This document shows positions 8,278 through 17,938 of a stretch of DNA of 64,000 bases, piece by piece (the first letter of the stretch is position 1; each line of letters opens with the position of its first letter). The translations under genes and the position numbers were made by a program. Under the pieces are notes generated by a model. The model did no database searches. It saw nothing but the letters and a program-made list of their open reading frames with translations, and was not told where the DNA came from. Source of the DNA: a virus (Duplodnaviria > Caudoviricetes); IMG/VR virus record IMGVR_UViG_3300020403_004398, positions 1 to 64,000 of that record; one strand, written 5' to 3'.

Positions 8278-9903
8278 ATGTTTGTGTTCGTTTCAGATTT
8301 GTTTGTTGAAGATTATGTTGGCGGAGCTGAATTAACCACCGATGCAATTTTACAAGAAATTGACATCCCGGTCTTAACAATTAAAAGCGCAGATCTCAAT
8401 AAAAAAATCATAGATACGTTAAAAGATAGATATTGGATATTTGGAAACTTTGCTTCTTTATCTACAGAGTTGATATTATATTGCTGCAAGAATTTACAAT
8501 ATTCAGTAATTGAATATGATTACAAATACTGTAAGTATAGACTTCCACAAAAGCACATTGCCGCCGAAGGTGCATGCGAGTGTGAGTTTTCTCCAAGAGG
8601 CAAGCTAACATCTATCTTCCTTGCAAAAGCAAATAGTTTGTGGTTTATGTCGTTAGCCCAAAAGCAGTTTTATATTGACAAATTTCCATTTTTAGATAAA
8701 ACTACAACAAGAGTTTTAAGCTCTGTTTTTGATAAAAAAACGTTAGAATACATATCTTCTTTGGAAGTAACGAAAAAAAATGAAACATGGCTGATACAGG
8801 ATTCAAGCTCTTGGGTTAAAGGAACTGAATCTTCCGTCTCCTACGCTGAGAAGAACAATTTACCATATGAATCTTTTCGAGATTTAAAATACGAACAAAT
8901 GCTGCAAAAATTTGCAAAATATAAAGGATTTTTATTTTTGCCCCGCAGTTTTGACACCTGCCCGAGGACGGTTATAGAGGCAAAATTGCTGGACTGTCAG
9001 TTAATCTTGAACGAAAATGTGCAACACAAGGATGAGCCTTGGTTTACTGGTTCAAAAGAAGAAGTTTTGCAATATCTTACAAACCGGGCAAGTTTTTTTT
9101 GGGAAAAAGTAATAGAAGATATCGACGCGTTGCCAAACTTTAAACAGCAAAGTAAAGAGGAAACGCACTTTAAAATTATCATACCTGTTTACAATTCAGA
9201 AGGTTGGATAAATAAATGTCTAGAAAGTGTTAAAAACCAAAATTATTCTAATTTTGAATGTATTGTGTGTGATGACATGTCAACAGACGGCACATGGCAA
9301 AATATAGAAAAATTAAACTTAGACAATCGATTCATTAGGGTTAAGAATGTAGAAAAAAAGTATGCTTTAAAAAATATAAACGATGGAATAGAAATTCTAA
9401 AACCATCCAAACAAGATGTCATCCTAGTGCTTGATGGCGATGATTGGCTGTCAACGCCGGGAGTTCTTTCAGAAATAAACAATATTTATAATGAAAAAGA
9501 ATGCTGGATGACATATGGTAGTTTTATAAGATTTCCTGACGGAGTAGTTGGCGAAGAAGCGACTGCTTATCCCGAGAGTGTCGTAAAAGACAACTCTTTT
9601 AGAACAGATCTGTGGAGGGCTTCTCACTTAAAGACTTTCAAATATTTTTTATGGAACAATATAGACAAGAAAGACTTGAAAGACGAAAATGGTAAATTTT
9701 ATGAAGTTTCTTACGATCAGGCGATGATGCTTCCTATGTTGGAAATGTCTGGACACAAATCATCATATGTTGAAAAAATAACTTACGTTTACAATGTCGA
9801 CAACCCAAATGCAGTGAATAAGTCAAAGGCAAAAAAACAATACGATACGATGCTGCAAATAAGAAAGAAAAATACTTATTCAAGGCTGAAAAAGGAGGAA
9901 TAA
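8278..9903 (+). CDS. Fusion of a GT-B-like domain and a GT2 glycosyltransferase
   Basis: N-half has GGAE and DTCPRTVIEAKLLDC. C-half has IIIPVYNS, CDDMSTDGT and LDGDDWL (DxD). Confidence 0.85.
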   Translation: MFVFVSDLFVEDYVGGAELTTDAILQEIDIPVLTIKSADLNKKIIDTLKDRYWIFGNFASLSTELILYCCKNLQYSVIEYDYKYCKYRLPQKHIAAEGACECEFSPRGKLTSIFLAKANSLWFMSLAQKQFYIDKFPFLDKTTTRVLSSVFDKKTLEYISSLEVTKKNETWLIQDSSSWVKGTESSVSYAEKNNLPYESFRDLKYEQMLQKFAKYKGFLFLPRSFDTCPRTVIEAKLLDCQLILNENVQHKDEPWFTGSKEEVLQYLTNRASFFWEKVIEDIDALPNFKQQSKEETHFKIIIPVYNSEGWINKCLESVKNQNYSNFECIVCDDMSTDGTWQNIEKLNLDNRFIRVKNVEKKYALKNINDGIEILKPSKQDVILVLDGDDWLSTPGVLSEINNIYNEKECWMTYGSFIRFPDGVVGEEATAYPESVVKDNSFRTDLWRASHLKTFKYFLWNNIDKKDLKDENGKFYEVSYDQAMMLPMLEMSGHKSSYVEKITYVYNVDNPNAVNKSKAKKQYDTMLQIRKKNTYSRLKKEE

Positions 9904-9905
9904 TA

Positions 9906-10775
9906 GTGAAAGCATTAGTTACCGGCTATCGTGGATACATAGGCTCTAATCTGATAAGAGCGCTGAACGATAAGGGTATTGATTGGATCGGCGTAGACCT
10001 CAAAGACGGCCATGCAGCCGATGATCTTTGTAAGGGCATAGCTCATTGGGTAAAACAAAACAAAATTGATGTGATTTTTCACCTGGCAGCAATACCCAGA
10101 GTTGCATATAGTGTAGAAAATCCCCTGGAAGTCATGAAAAACAACATAAACTCTACCTCTGTAGTTTTAGAGTATGCAAAAGAAAATAACATACCAGTAA
10201 TTTACAGTAGCTCTTCTTCTGTGGTAGGAAACGGTTCAGGCCCAGCTAGTCCGTACGCTCTTTCAAAATATGTAGGAGAAATGGAAACTTTGCTGTATAA
10301 TAAGTTGTACGGCCTTAAAACAGTAGCATTGAGATATTTTAATGTATATTCTTATGATCAAGTCGCCGATAGCGAATATGCAACTGTTGTTTGTAACTGG
10401 AAAAAGCATATAACATCACCAGAGTTGACTCCATATATTACAGGCACAGGTGAGCAAAGGAGAGACATGACACATGTAGAAGACATTGTTTCGGCAAATA
10501 TTTTTTGCGCCGAGAACATAGAAAATGAAGAATTATGGGGTGAGTGGTACGATGTAGGTTCAGGCGAAAATATAAGTCTAAACGAACTAAAAGACATAGT
10601 TTTAAAGTATTTTCCCAGCCAAAAATTTGAATACGTACCGGCCCGAGCAGGGGACGTCATGTATACAAAAGCAGATTTAAATAAATTTAAAAAACACGGA
10701 TGGAGCAGCGAGGTACCATTACGAGAAGGTCTATGCAGTGTTTATGAAAGATTAAAAAATGAAACTGGCTCTTGA
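9906..10775 (+). CDS. NAD-dependent epimerase/dehydratase (SDR)
   Basis: GYRGYIGS, SPYALSK, LRYFNVY, RDMTHVED. Confidence 0.9.
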   Translation: MKALVTGYRGYIGSNLIRALNDKGIDWIGVDLKDGHAADDLCKGIAHWVKQNKIDVIFHLAAIPRVAYSVENPLEVMKNNINSTSVVLEYAKENNIPVIYSSSSSVVGNGSGPASPYALSKYVGEMETLLYNKLYGLKTVALRYFNVYSYDQVADSEYATVVCNWKKHITSPELTPYITGTGEQRRDMTHVEDIVSANIFCAENIENEELWGEWYDVGSGENISLNELKDIVLKYFPSQKFEYVPARAGDVMYTKADLNKFKKHGWSSEVPLREGLCSVYERLKNETGS

Positions 10776-11649
10776 GAACGTTGATCTGTCAAGTTCTTCA
10801 GGTCCCAATTCTTTTGCAAAAAAAATAATACCTAGCCTAGAAGAAGAGGGTTGTGAATTGGTAGGTTTACAAAAAGCAGAAGTTTCTTTGTGCTTTATAG
10901 AATCTTACATGAAAATTAAATGTCCTAGGATACTACGCTTAGATGGTATATATTTTAACACGAAACAAGATTACAAGAACCTGAACTTAAACATAAAAAA
11001 AACTTTCAACAATTCAGCAGGAGTAGTGTTTCAGAGCGAATTTAATAAAAGGCTTATAACAAAATTTTTTGGAGAAAAAGACAATAACATAGTAATCCAC
11101 AACGGCGCAGATATTGAGACGATTGAACAAACCCCGCCAATGCAAAATGATAAATTTAACAACATCTGGTGCGCAGCATCATCCTGGCGCCCACACAAAA
11201 GATTAAAAGAGAACATTAGATATTTTCTAGAACATAAAGAAGATAATGATTTGTTGATAATAGCAGGACATGTCAAACCACAAGAGCAGATAAAAGACTC
11301 TTCAATAGTCTATTTTGGAAATTTGCAACAAAAACAACTATACTCTTTATATAAGGCAAGTAAATATTTTTTACATTTAGCATGGCTTGACCACTGCCCA
11401 AATGTTGTTGCAGACGCCCGCGCCGCCGGGTGTCATATTATCTGTTCTTCGGACGGAGGAACAAAAGAAATAGCAGGACTAGACGCAACGGTAATTGCAG
11501 AATATGAGGACTGGAACTTTGAACCTACTAGGCTTTATGAACCTCCAAAAATGGATTTCACCCGTAAAGCTAAGAATGTTTTGAATTCAGAAAACAACAT
11601 AAAAAAAACAGCAAAATTATATAAAAACTTTATGGAGTCAGTAATATGA
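10759..11649 (+). CDS. Glycosyltransferase, GT4-like
   Basis: SGPNSF, NGAD, RPHKRL, DHCPNVVADARAAG. Confidence 0.8.
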   Translation: MKLALENVDLSSSSGPNSFAKKIIPSLEEEGCELVGLQKAEVSLCFIESYMKIKCPRILRLDGIYFNTKQDYKNLNLNIKKTFNNSAGVVFQSEFNKRLITKFFGEKDNNIVIHNGADIETIEQTPPMQNDKFNNIWCAASSWRPHKRLKENIRYFLEHKEDNDLLIIAGHVKPQEQIKDSSIVYFGNLQQKQLYSLYKASKYFLHLAWLDHCPNVVADARAAGCHIICSSDGGTKEIAGLDATVIAEYEDWNFEPTRLYEPPKMDFTRKAKNVLNSENNIKKTAKLYKNFMESVI

Positions 11650-12653
11650 AGGTAGCCATTATTGGATGCGGAAAGATTTTTCCTAGACATTTTGAATCTA
11701 TACAAAAAAATAAAAACTTTTCTTTGGTTGCTTTATGTGACACAAACAAAGAAATAGTTGAAAATTTATCACGAAAACACAAAGTTAGTGGGTATGTTTT
11801 TTATAAAGAAATGCTAAAAAAGGAGAGTATAGACCTTGCAGTTATTGCAACTCCAAATTCAATGCACTTTAAACAAGCAAAACATTGTTTAAGAAGCGGA
11901 GTAGATGTCTTAATAGAAAAGCCAGCATCACTAAGTCCAGAAAAAATAAAAAAAATAGAAAAGATAGCAAAACAAAATAAAAAAAACGCTTATTGTGTCT
12001 TGCAAGTGCGTCTCAATCCTGTTGTGCAAAAAGTTAAAAAACTCTTAGAAAAGAATATATTGGGCGAAATTAGAGGAATCAGTCTAGTTCAAAGGTGGCA
12101 GCGCCCAGTTGAATATTTTTCAGATTGGAGAGGCGACCCAACCATCGGCGGCGGTACCTTGCATGAGTGTGGGATTCACTATTTAGACATATTGTGTTAT
12201 CTTTTTGGTCGTCCAGAGATTGTTTCTTCAAAATCGTATAATACGAAACACAAAGCCACACAAATAGAGGATACAATTTATTCTATTTTGGACTATGGAA
12301 AATTTGGTGGAACAGTTGAGGTTACTATTTCTGCAGAGCCGAAAAACATAGAGTGCTCAATATCTATTTTAACTGACAGGGCTTTTCTAAAAATAGGAGG
12401 CCTGGCCCTGGACAAAGTTGAAGAAGTAAAGTTTTTAGACAATGAAGTTAAATTTAAGAAAAAATATGATAAACTAATGAAAGACCTATCAAATCCTAGA
12501 GAAATTAATTCTTATGGTGCCTATTCAGGGTCGTGTCCGAATCATCCAGAATTATATCGCAATTTAGATGATTTTAACATCTCAGAGGCGTATAGTTCGT
12601 TAAAAATGATTGAGAAAATTTATGAAAAATGTGGAGTAGAATACAGTGAGTAA
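11646..12653 (+). CDS. Gfo/Idh/MocA oxidoreductase (WlbA/WbpB-like sugar oxidase)
   Basis: IGCGKI, ATPNSMH, EKP, RLNP, GGGTLHECGIHYLD. Confidence 0.88.
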   Translation: MKVAIIGCGKIFPRHFESIQKNKNFSLVALCDTNKEIVENLSRKHKVSGYVFYKEMLKKESIDLAVIATPNSMHFKQAKHCLRSGVDVLIEKPASLSPEKIKKIEKIAKQNKKNAYCVLQVRLNPVVQKVKKLLEKNILGEIRGISLVQRWQRPVEYFSDWRGDPTIGGGTLHECGIHYLDILCYLFGRPEIVSSKSYNTKHKATQIEDTIYSILDYGKFGGTVEVTISAEPKNIECSISILTDRAFLKIGGLALDKVEEVKFLDNEVKFKKKYDKLMKDLSNPREINSYGAYSGSCPNHPELYRNLDDFNISEAYSSLKMIEKIYEKCGVEYSE

Positions 12654-13548
12654 TAAGATAAAAGGTTGCATAACATACATATCATCGAGAAAAAAATGTA
12701 TAGGTTTGAGTATAGAGTCTCTTTGGAAAAACTTCAACCACAAACACGACTATCCAGTATACGTGCATTATTTTGACGACATATATGATGACGAAAATTT
12801 TAGAAAAGAGATAAGACAAAAGACTAGTGAAAATGTTCACTTCATATCGATACCATACGAGACACCATCATTCCTAAAAGAGGAAGAGCTTTTTTACAAC
12901 AGAAGAGATGTCTGGTATGCCCGAACTCAATTCCCTATTAGCAGAAAGGGGTATCTACACATGTGTCATTTTATGTCCAATTATTATGGATACCCAAACA
13001 CTGAATTCGAAAAATATGATTATGTTATGAGTTTGGATGATGAATCAATGTTCGTAAAAGAGCTTCCTTATGATCCATTTGAAATAATGTCCACCAGGCC
13101 CGAGGATATGGGTGCTCTGAAAGTCTACGACCAGAGAAAGAAGTTACCACATCAAGGAAATTTTGATACTAGGATCAACCTGTGGCCCTTTATAAAAGGT
13201 TATTTGAAACATTACAACATAGAGCCTAAATCTCAATTTATGAAAGATTTAGTAAAAGATCCAGAGAGTGACAAGAACTTCCACTTTTATCCCTGTGCAG
13301 ATTCTTATGTCGTAAAGACTAAACTTTTTAAAAGTAAAGAGTGGACACAGTGGATTGAAGCCGTCAATAAATATGGGGGAATATATAAATATCGCTGGGG
13401 AGATAATGACATAAATAGTCTTTTCTATCTGATACACTATGAAGAAGACATATATGATCTGAAAACAGTAGAGGACGGTTATCACAACCAGGGAGCCTTG
13501 AGACACCTTGTAGACTACGCTCCAGGGGTCAAGGACAACACAAAGTGA
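12646..13548 (+). CDS. GT15 (Kre2/Mnt1-like) mannosyltransferase-like protein
   Basis: GYLHMCHF, SLDDES, YDPF, GGIYKYRWGD match the KTR/Mnt1 signatures YrhMCRF and GgfyyeRWGD. Confidence 0.72.
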   Translation: MSNKIKGCITYISSRKKCIGLSIESLWKNFNHKHDYPVYVHYFDDIYDDENFRKEIRQKTSENVHFISIPYETPSFLKEEELFYNRRDVWYARTQFPISRKGYLHMCHFMSNYYGYPNTEFEKYDYVMSLDDESMFVKELPYDPFEIMSTRPEDMGALKVYDQRKKLPHQGNFDTRINLWPFIKGYLKHYNIEPKSQFMKDLVKDPESDKNFHFYPCADSYVVKTKLFKSKEWTQWIEAVNKYGGIYKYRWGDNDINSLFYLIHYEEDIYDLKTVEDGYHNQGALRHLVDYAPGVKDNTK

Positions 13549-14486
13549 ACATCTTATATGTAGACTCCGGAGGAACAGTTTCAGATGGATACATGTATCA
13601 GTACTACGGAGACTTGTTTAGAGAAATTAAGGAACTTGCAAGTGTTTATTTGTATGAGGGCCCTGTTGAAAATTTGACTCATTTGGTGAAATCATCCGAG
13701 ATAGAATTTGAAGCAATTATTTTTGGCCTAGGGTTTTTTGCAAATACTGCAAAAACTAGCTTTAGCAAAATTCCGGACCTCGACACTCTGGCTGCAAAAA
13801 AAGTTTGTATGCTGCACAAGCCACAGACTCTTTTAGAAGAAAAATTAAATTTTTGCAAGTTAAATAACGTAGATATACTTTTAGATTATTTTGATAATTC
13901 AAAATCAAATGTAGCAAAAAAGAATATTAAGTCTTGGTTTACGGCAAAACCAGAAATTTATAAACCAAGAGACAAAGTAAAAGTTCAGTACGATATCGGT
14001 TTTTCTGGAGCTTTGCATGGGAAAGGTAAAATTACCGGACCTACCAGAGACCTCAGGCCTAGAATTGGAGAATTTCTAGAAAAAAATAAAAAATACAAAA
14101 CATTCTGGAATTCTGGAAACACTTTAAAATATAGAATAAATTCAGTCGAAGAATATGCTAAAAAGATAAATGAGTGCAAGATCTGGTTAGCAACAACAGG
14201 GCCAGTTGAGGATATAAGTCCTAGATATTTTGAAGTTGCACTTTCTAAAACTTTGTTGTTTTGTAATGACATGCCAAAACAAAATGGAAATATTTTTCTT
14301 GACGGTCAAACGTGTGTTACATTCAATAACGATTTGAGTGATTTCGAAGAAAAGTTAGATTTTTATCTAAATAATGACGCTGCTCGTAATCGTATTATTA
14401 AAAACGCTTATGATTTAGTAAGTAACAAATACACTTGGAAGCATTTAGCAGAAAATCTATTATTTCACATAAAACAAAAGGAGTAG
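13545..14486 (+). CDS. Glycosyltransferase (Glyco_trans_1_2 / CgeB-like)
   Basis: YDIGFSG, EEYAKKINECKIWL, PRYFEVALSKTLL, NKYTWKH. Confidence 0.8.
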   Translation: MNILYVDSGGTVSDGYMYQYYGDLFREIKELASVYLYEGPVENLTHLVKSSEIEFEAIIFGLGFFANTAKTSFSKIPDLDTLAAKKVCMLHKPQTLLEEKLNFCKLNNVDILLDYFDNSKSNVAKKNIKSWFTAKPEIYKPRDKVKVQYDIGFSGALHGKGKITGPTRDLRPRIGEFLEKNKKYKTFWNSGNTLKYRINSVEEYAKKINECKIWLATTGPVEDISPRYFEVALSKTLLFCNDMPKQNGNIFLDGQTCVTFNNDLSDFEEKLDFYLNNDAARNRIIKNAYDLVSNKYTWKHLAENLLFHIKQKE

Positions 14487-14490
14487 AACA

Positions 14491-15087
14491 ATGTCTTTTC
14501 AAGTAATAAAGGAATTTGAAAATGAAATAGCTGAATTTTTTGGTGCTCCACACGCAGTGGCTGTAGATTGCTGCACGCACGGATTAGAGTTGTGTCTAAG
14601 GCACAAAAAATCTAAAAAGATAAAAGTACCAAAGCATACTTATCTTTCAGTGCCAATGTTGGCAAATAAATTAAACTTAGAGCTGGTTTGGACAGAAGAC
14701 AAGTGGGAAGACTTTTATTATATAACAGACAACATTATAGATGCAGCAGTTAACTGGAAAAGAGACAGTTATATTCCAGGAACTTACATGTGCGTTAGTT
14801 TTCAATTTAGAAAACATTTAAGTCTAGGCCGCGGCGGCATTATTTTATTTGATAAAAAAGAAGATTTTGATATTCTCAAAAAAATGTCGTATGACGGCCG
14901 TAACCCTGATCAATCATGGTCTGTGCAGAATATAAAGACGATGGGATATCATTATTATATGACTCCGGAAACAGCGGAGCTTGGCCTGAAGAAGTTACCA
15001 GAGGCTATAAATAGAAAGCCAAAAAAATGGAAGTACACCGATTGGCCAGACTTGACTAAGATGGATTTTTTTAAAAATGCCCTATAA
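14491..15087 (+). CDS. Short DegT/DnrJ/EryC1/StrS PLP aminotransferase
   Basis: AVAVDCCTHGLELCL, DAA, SFQFRKHLSLGRGG (PLP Lys), GYHYYMT. Only 198 aa. Confidence 0.82.
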   Translation: MSFQVIKEFENEIAEFFGAPHAVAVDCCTHGLELCLRHKKSKKIKVPKHTYLSVPMLANKLNLELVWTEDKWEDFYYITDNIIDAAVNWKRDSYIPGTYMCVSFQFRKHLSLGRGGIILFDKKEDFDILKKMSYDGRNPDQSWSVQNIKTMGYHYYMTPETAELGLKKLPEAINRKPKKWKYTDWPDLTKMDFFKNAL

Positions 15088-15769
15088 TGTATTGTTAATT
15101 GGCTTTGAAGATTGTGAGCACTGCAAACGAGCCCAGCACTTATTGGAATCAAAAGAATTTAAAGTGACAACAGCTTGGACATCAAGAGATCGACGCACCC
15201 CTTCATCCGGGAAGATTGAGACTTGGAAGGGTGATTACATTTTTCATCTAAAGTCTTATTGCATATTGCCAAAAACAGTATTAGATTCCGCCGCACACGG
15301 AGCAATAAATTTTCACCCTTCACCTCCACGCTATCCAGGTTCTGGAGGAATAAACTGGGGACTCTATAACAAAGATACAACATCGGGAGTTACGGTGCAC
15401 TACATGAATCAAAAGATAGATAACGGTGATATAATATCTTTTCACCCTGTGCCTGTTTTTGTTGATGACGACGTAGAGTCGTTGCTTACTCGAGTTCACA
15501 TTGAACAATATAACGCTTTTGAGTCTGTTGTAAACGCGATATGCGAACACGGCCCTAGATATTTAAAAGACAAATCGAATATCTATTCTGGTGAACCATG
15601 GGGTCCGAAATTGGGAAGAATAAAGGACATTGATTCATTGCAAAAAATTACAGCAGACATAGGAAAAGAAGAATTGGATCGTAGAATTAGAGCCACCGCG
15701 TTTGGTAAATTTGGTCCCAATTTAGTAATACATGGAAAAACTTTTAAATACACAGGAGAAGAAACATGA
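15077..15769 (+). CDS. Formyltransferase (probable NDP-sugar N-formyltransferase)
   Basis: INFHPSPPRYPG (Asn-x-His) and GVTVHYMNQKIDNGDII (Asp). Confidence 0.85.
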   Translation: MPYNVLLIGFEDCEHCKRAQHLLESKEFKVTTAWTSRDRRTPSSGKIETWKGDYIFHLKSYCILPKTVLDSAAHGAINFHPSPPRYPGSGGINWGLYNKDTTSGVTVHYMNQKIDNGDIISFHPVPVFVDDDVESLLTRVHIEQYNAFESVVNAICEHGPRYLKDKSNIYSGEPWGPKLGRIKDIDSLQKITADIGKEELDRRIRATAFGKFGPNLVIHGKTFKYTGEET

Positions 15770-16683
15770 AGGTTTTAGTTTTAGGTGGAACAGGCTTTGT
15801 AGGCAAGAATCTAGTTGAAAGATTGAACAACGATAATCACGAAGTGGTGGTTTGTTCACGTTCAACGGGAGTAGACTTATTAGACTATGAACAAACGCAC
15901 AAGGCAATAGAGGATTGCAAACCAGAGATAATATTTAACTTGTCTTCGCACGGAGGAAGCATGCTATACGTAAGAGAATTTGCTGCTGACGTCTTGTCTG
16001 ATAACACAAAAATGACCATAAACCTCTATGAAGCAGTTAAGAATGTAGACAAAGAAATAAGGATAATACAGCCTTTTTCAAATTGTTCTTATCCCGGCGA
16101 CAGCTCAATACAAAAAGAAGAGGACTGGTTACACGGAAAGGTGCACGATTCTGTACTTTCGTTTGGAAACTCAAAGAGAGTAATGTATTACGTATCACAA
16201 TGTTATTACAACCAATACGGAATTAAGACAGTCAATTTATTGCTTCCAAACACGTATGGACCAGGAGACTCTTGTGATCCAAAGAAAACACACGCTTTAA
16301 ACGGAATGATCATAAGGATGATTGAGGCCCAAAGAAAAGGTGATTCTGAATTTGTTGTCTGGGGTACCGGAAAGCCGATAAGAGAATGGGCATATATAGA
16401 CGATTTTGTCCAAGCGTTGGTCTTGGCAATGAACATAGATCATATGGAGTATCCAATAAACATTGGCCAGGAAAAGGGTTACTCTATAGCTGAGTCTGCG
16501 GCCTTGATCAAGAGGGCCCTGGGGTTTGAAGGACCCATACGATTTGATACAAGTTATCCAGATGGAGATCCAGTAAAGATTTTATCAAGAGAAAAATTTA
16601 ATAAATTTTTTACTGATTTTACTTTTTTTGATCACGAAAAGGGTATACAGAAAACTGTAGAATTTTATAAAAAAATGTTATAA
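15766..16683 (+). CDS. GDP-L-fucose synthase-like SDR with atypical active site
   Basis: GGTGFVG, NCSYP, PNTYGPGD, HAL, VWGTGKPIREWAYIDD. FGNSK replaces YxxxK. Confidence 0.8.
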   Translation: MKVLVLGGTGFVGKNLVERLNNDNHEVVVCSRSTGVDLLDYEQTHKAIEDCKPEIIFNLSSHGGSMLYVREFAADVLSDNTKMTINLYEAVKNVDKEIRIIQPFSNCSYPGDSSIQKEEDWLHGKVHDSVLSFGNSKRVMYYVSQCYYNQYGIKTVNLLLPNTYGPGDSCDPKKTHALNGMIIRMIEAQRKGDSEFVVWGTGKPIREWAYIDDFVQALVLAMNIDHMEYPINIGQEKGYSIAESAALIKRALGFEGPIRFDTSYPDGDPVKILSREKFNKFFTDFTFFDHEKGIQKTVEFYKKML

Positions 16684-16699
16684 TGAAAAGGAAAATGTT

Positions 16700-17629
16700 A
16701 TGAGTAAAAAAGTTTTTGTTACTGGAGGTTGCGGATATATTGGGACCTCTTTAGTGCCCCTCCTTTTAAGCGAGGGATATGAGGTTACAGTCTATGATAT
16801 ATTGAACGCCGGCGGGGATGGTATAGTTCACAACTTTGCCAGCCCTAACTTTAAATTTATAAAGGGCGATATTTTAGATAAAGATTTGTTAAAAAAGTCA
16901 ATAAAAGGTCACGATATAGTTGTTCATTTAGCGGCAATCGTTGGTCTCGCCGCGTGCAATAGAAACCCAGATTTAACTTACGAGATAAATCATCAGGGAA
17001 CTAAAAATATAATAGAATGCTTAGACGGTACACAGTTTTTAATATATGGATCCACCGGGTCAAATTATGGCGCCGTAAAGGGTGTGTGCACAGAAAAAAC
17101 CCCATTAAACCCATTAAGTGTCTACGGGAAAAGTAAAACCCTGGGAGAACAAGAGGTTATGAAATACGGAAACTCTACAGCGTTTCGTTTTGCCACAGCT
17201 TTTGGTGTGAGTCCTCGGATGAGGTTGGACCTTTTGGTAAATGACCTTTCCTATTTGGCTTCAACACAAAAGTATCTTGTGATTTACGAGTCGCATTTTA
17301 TGAGAACGTTCATTCATGTAAGAGATATAGCAAACGTATTTAAATTTACTATCGAAAATAAAGAAAAAATGTCCGGTGAGGTTTACAACGTAGGCTCTGA
17401 GTCAATGAATTATTCCAAAAAAGACATTTGTGAACTTATACAAAAAAAGACAGGATGCTATGTACACTATGCAGAGTTTGATGGAGATGTCGATAAGAGG
17501 GATTATGTGGTCTCGTATAATAAAATAAATTCCCTAGGTTTTGAAACATCAATAGATGTTTCAGAAGGAGTAGATGAATTGCTGCAAGTTTTTCCACTTA
17601 TAAAAATAGAAAACAAATATCAAAATTAA
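16700..17629 (+). CDS. NAD-dependent epimerase/dehydratase (SDR)
   Basis: GGCGYIG, VYGKSK, RFATAFGVSPRMRLDLLVN, RTFIHVRD. Confidence 0.9.
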   Translation: MSKKVFVTGGCGYIGTSLVPLLLSEGYEVTVYDILNAGGDGIVHNFASPNFKFIKGDILDKDLLKKSIKGHDIVVHLAAIVGLAACNRNPDLTYEINHQGTKNIIECLDGTQFLIYGSTGSNYGAVKGVCTEKTPLNPLSVYGKSKTLGEQEVMKYGNSTAFRFATAFGVSPRMRLDLLVNDLSYLASTQKYLVIYESHFMRTFIHVRDIANVFKFTIENKEKMSGEVYNVGSESMNYSKKDICELIQKKTGCYVHYAEFDGDVDKRDYVVSYNKINSLGFETSIDVSEGVDELLQVFPLIKIENKYQN

Positions 17630-17644
17630 AAGAGGAGATTCAAA

Positions 17645-17938
17645 ATGAATATTAAACAATATTATCAATATTACTTGACTTTACACCAAAATCCAAAATG
17701 TAGATTGTTACATTTTATAGGGCAATGGTTTACGTTATTCTTTACAGCGTTTGTTTTGTACAACTGGTACTGGTATTTGATTCCTTTAATACCTTTTGTA
17801 ATTTATCCTTTTGCCTGGTCCGGACATTACTTTTTTGAGAAAAACACTCCGGCAGCCTTTTCAAATCCTCTATATGCAAAAATATCTGATTGGATTATGT
17901 TTAAAGATATATTGATCGGTAAGTTAAAAATATGGTAG
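17645..17938 (+). CDS. DUF962 / Mpo1-like membrane protein
   Basis: YLTLHQNPKCRLLHFIG, hydrophobic core, AWSGHYFFEKNTPA. Confidence 0.85.
   Translation: MNIKQYYQYYLTLHQNPKCRLLHFIGQWFTLFFTAFVLYNWYWYLIPLIPFVIYPFAWSGHYFFEKNTPAAFSNPLYAKISDWIMFKDILIGKLKIW

Noticed and set aside
15077-15160. Glutaredoxin-like CEHC at the formyltransferase N-terminus
   Set aside because: It sits in the first strand-helix of the formyltransferase fold, with no room for a separate thioredoxin domain.
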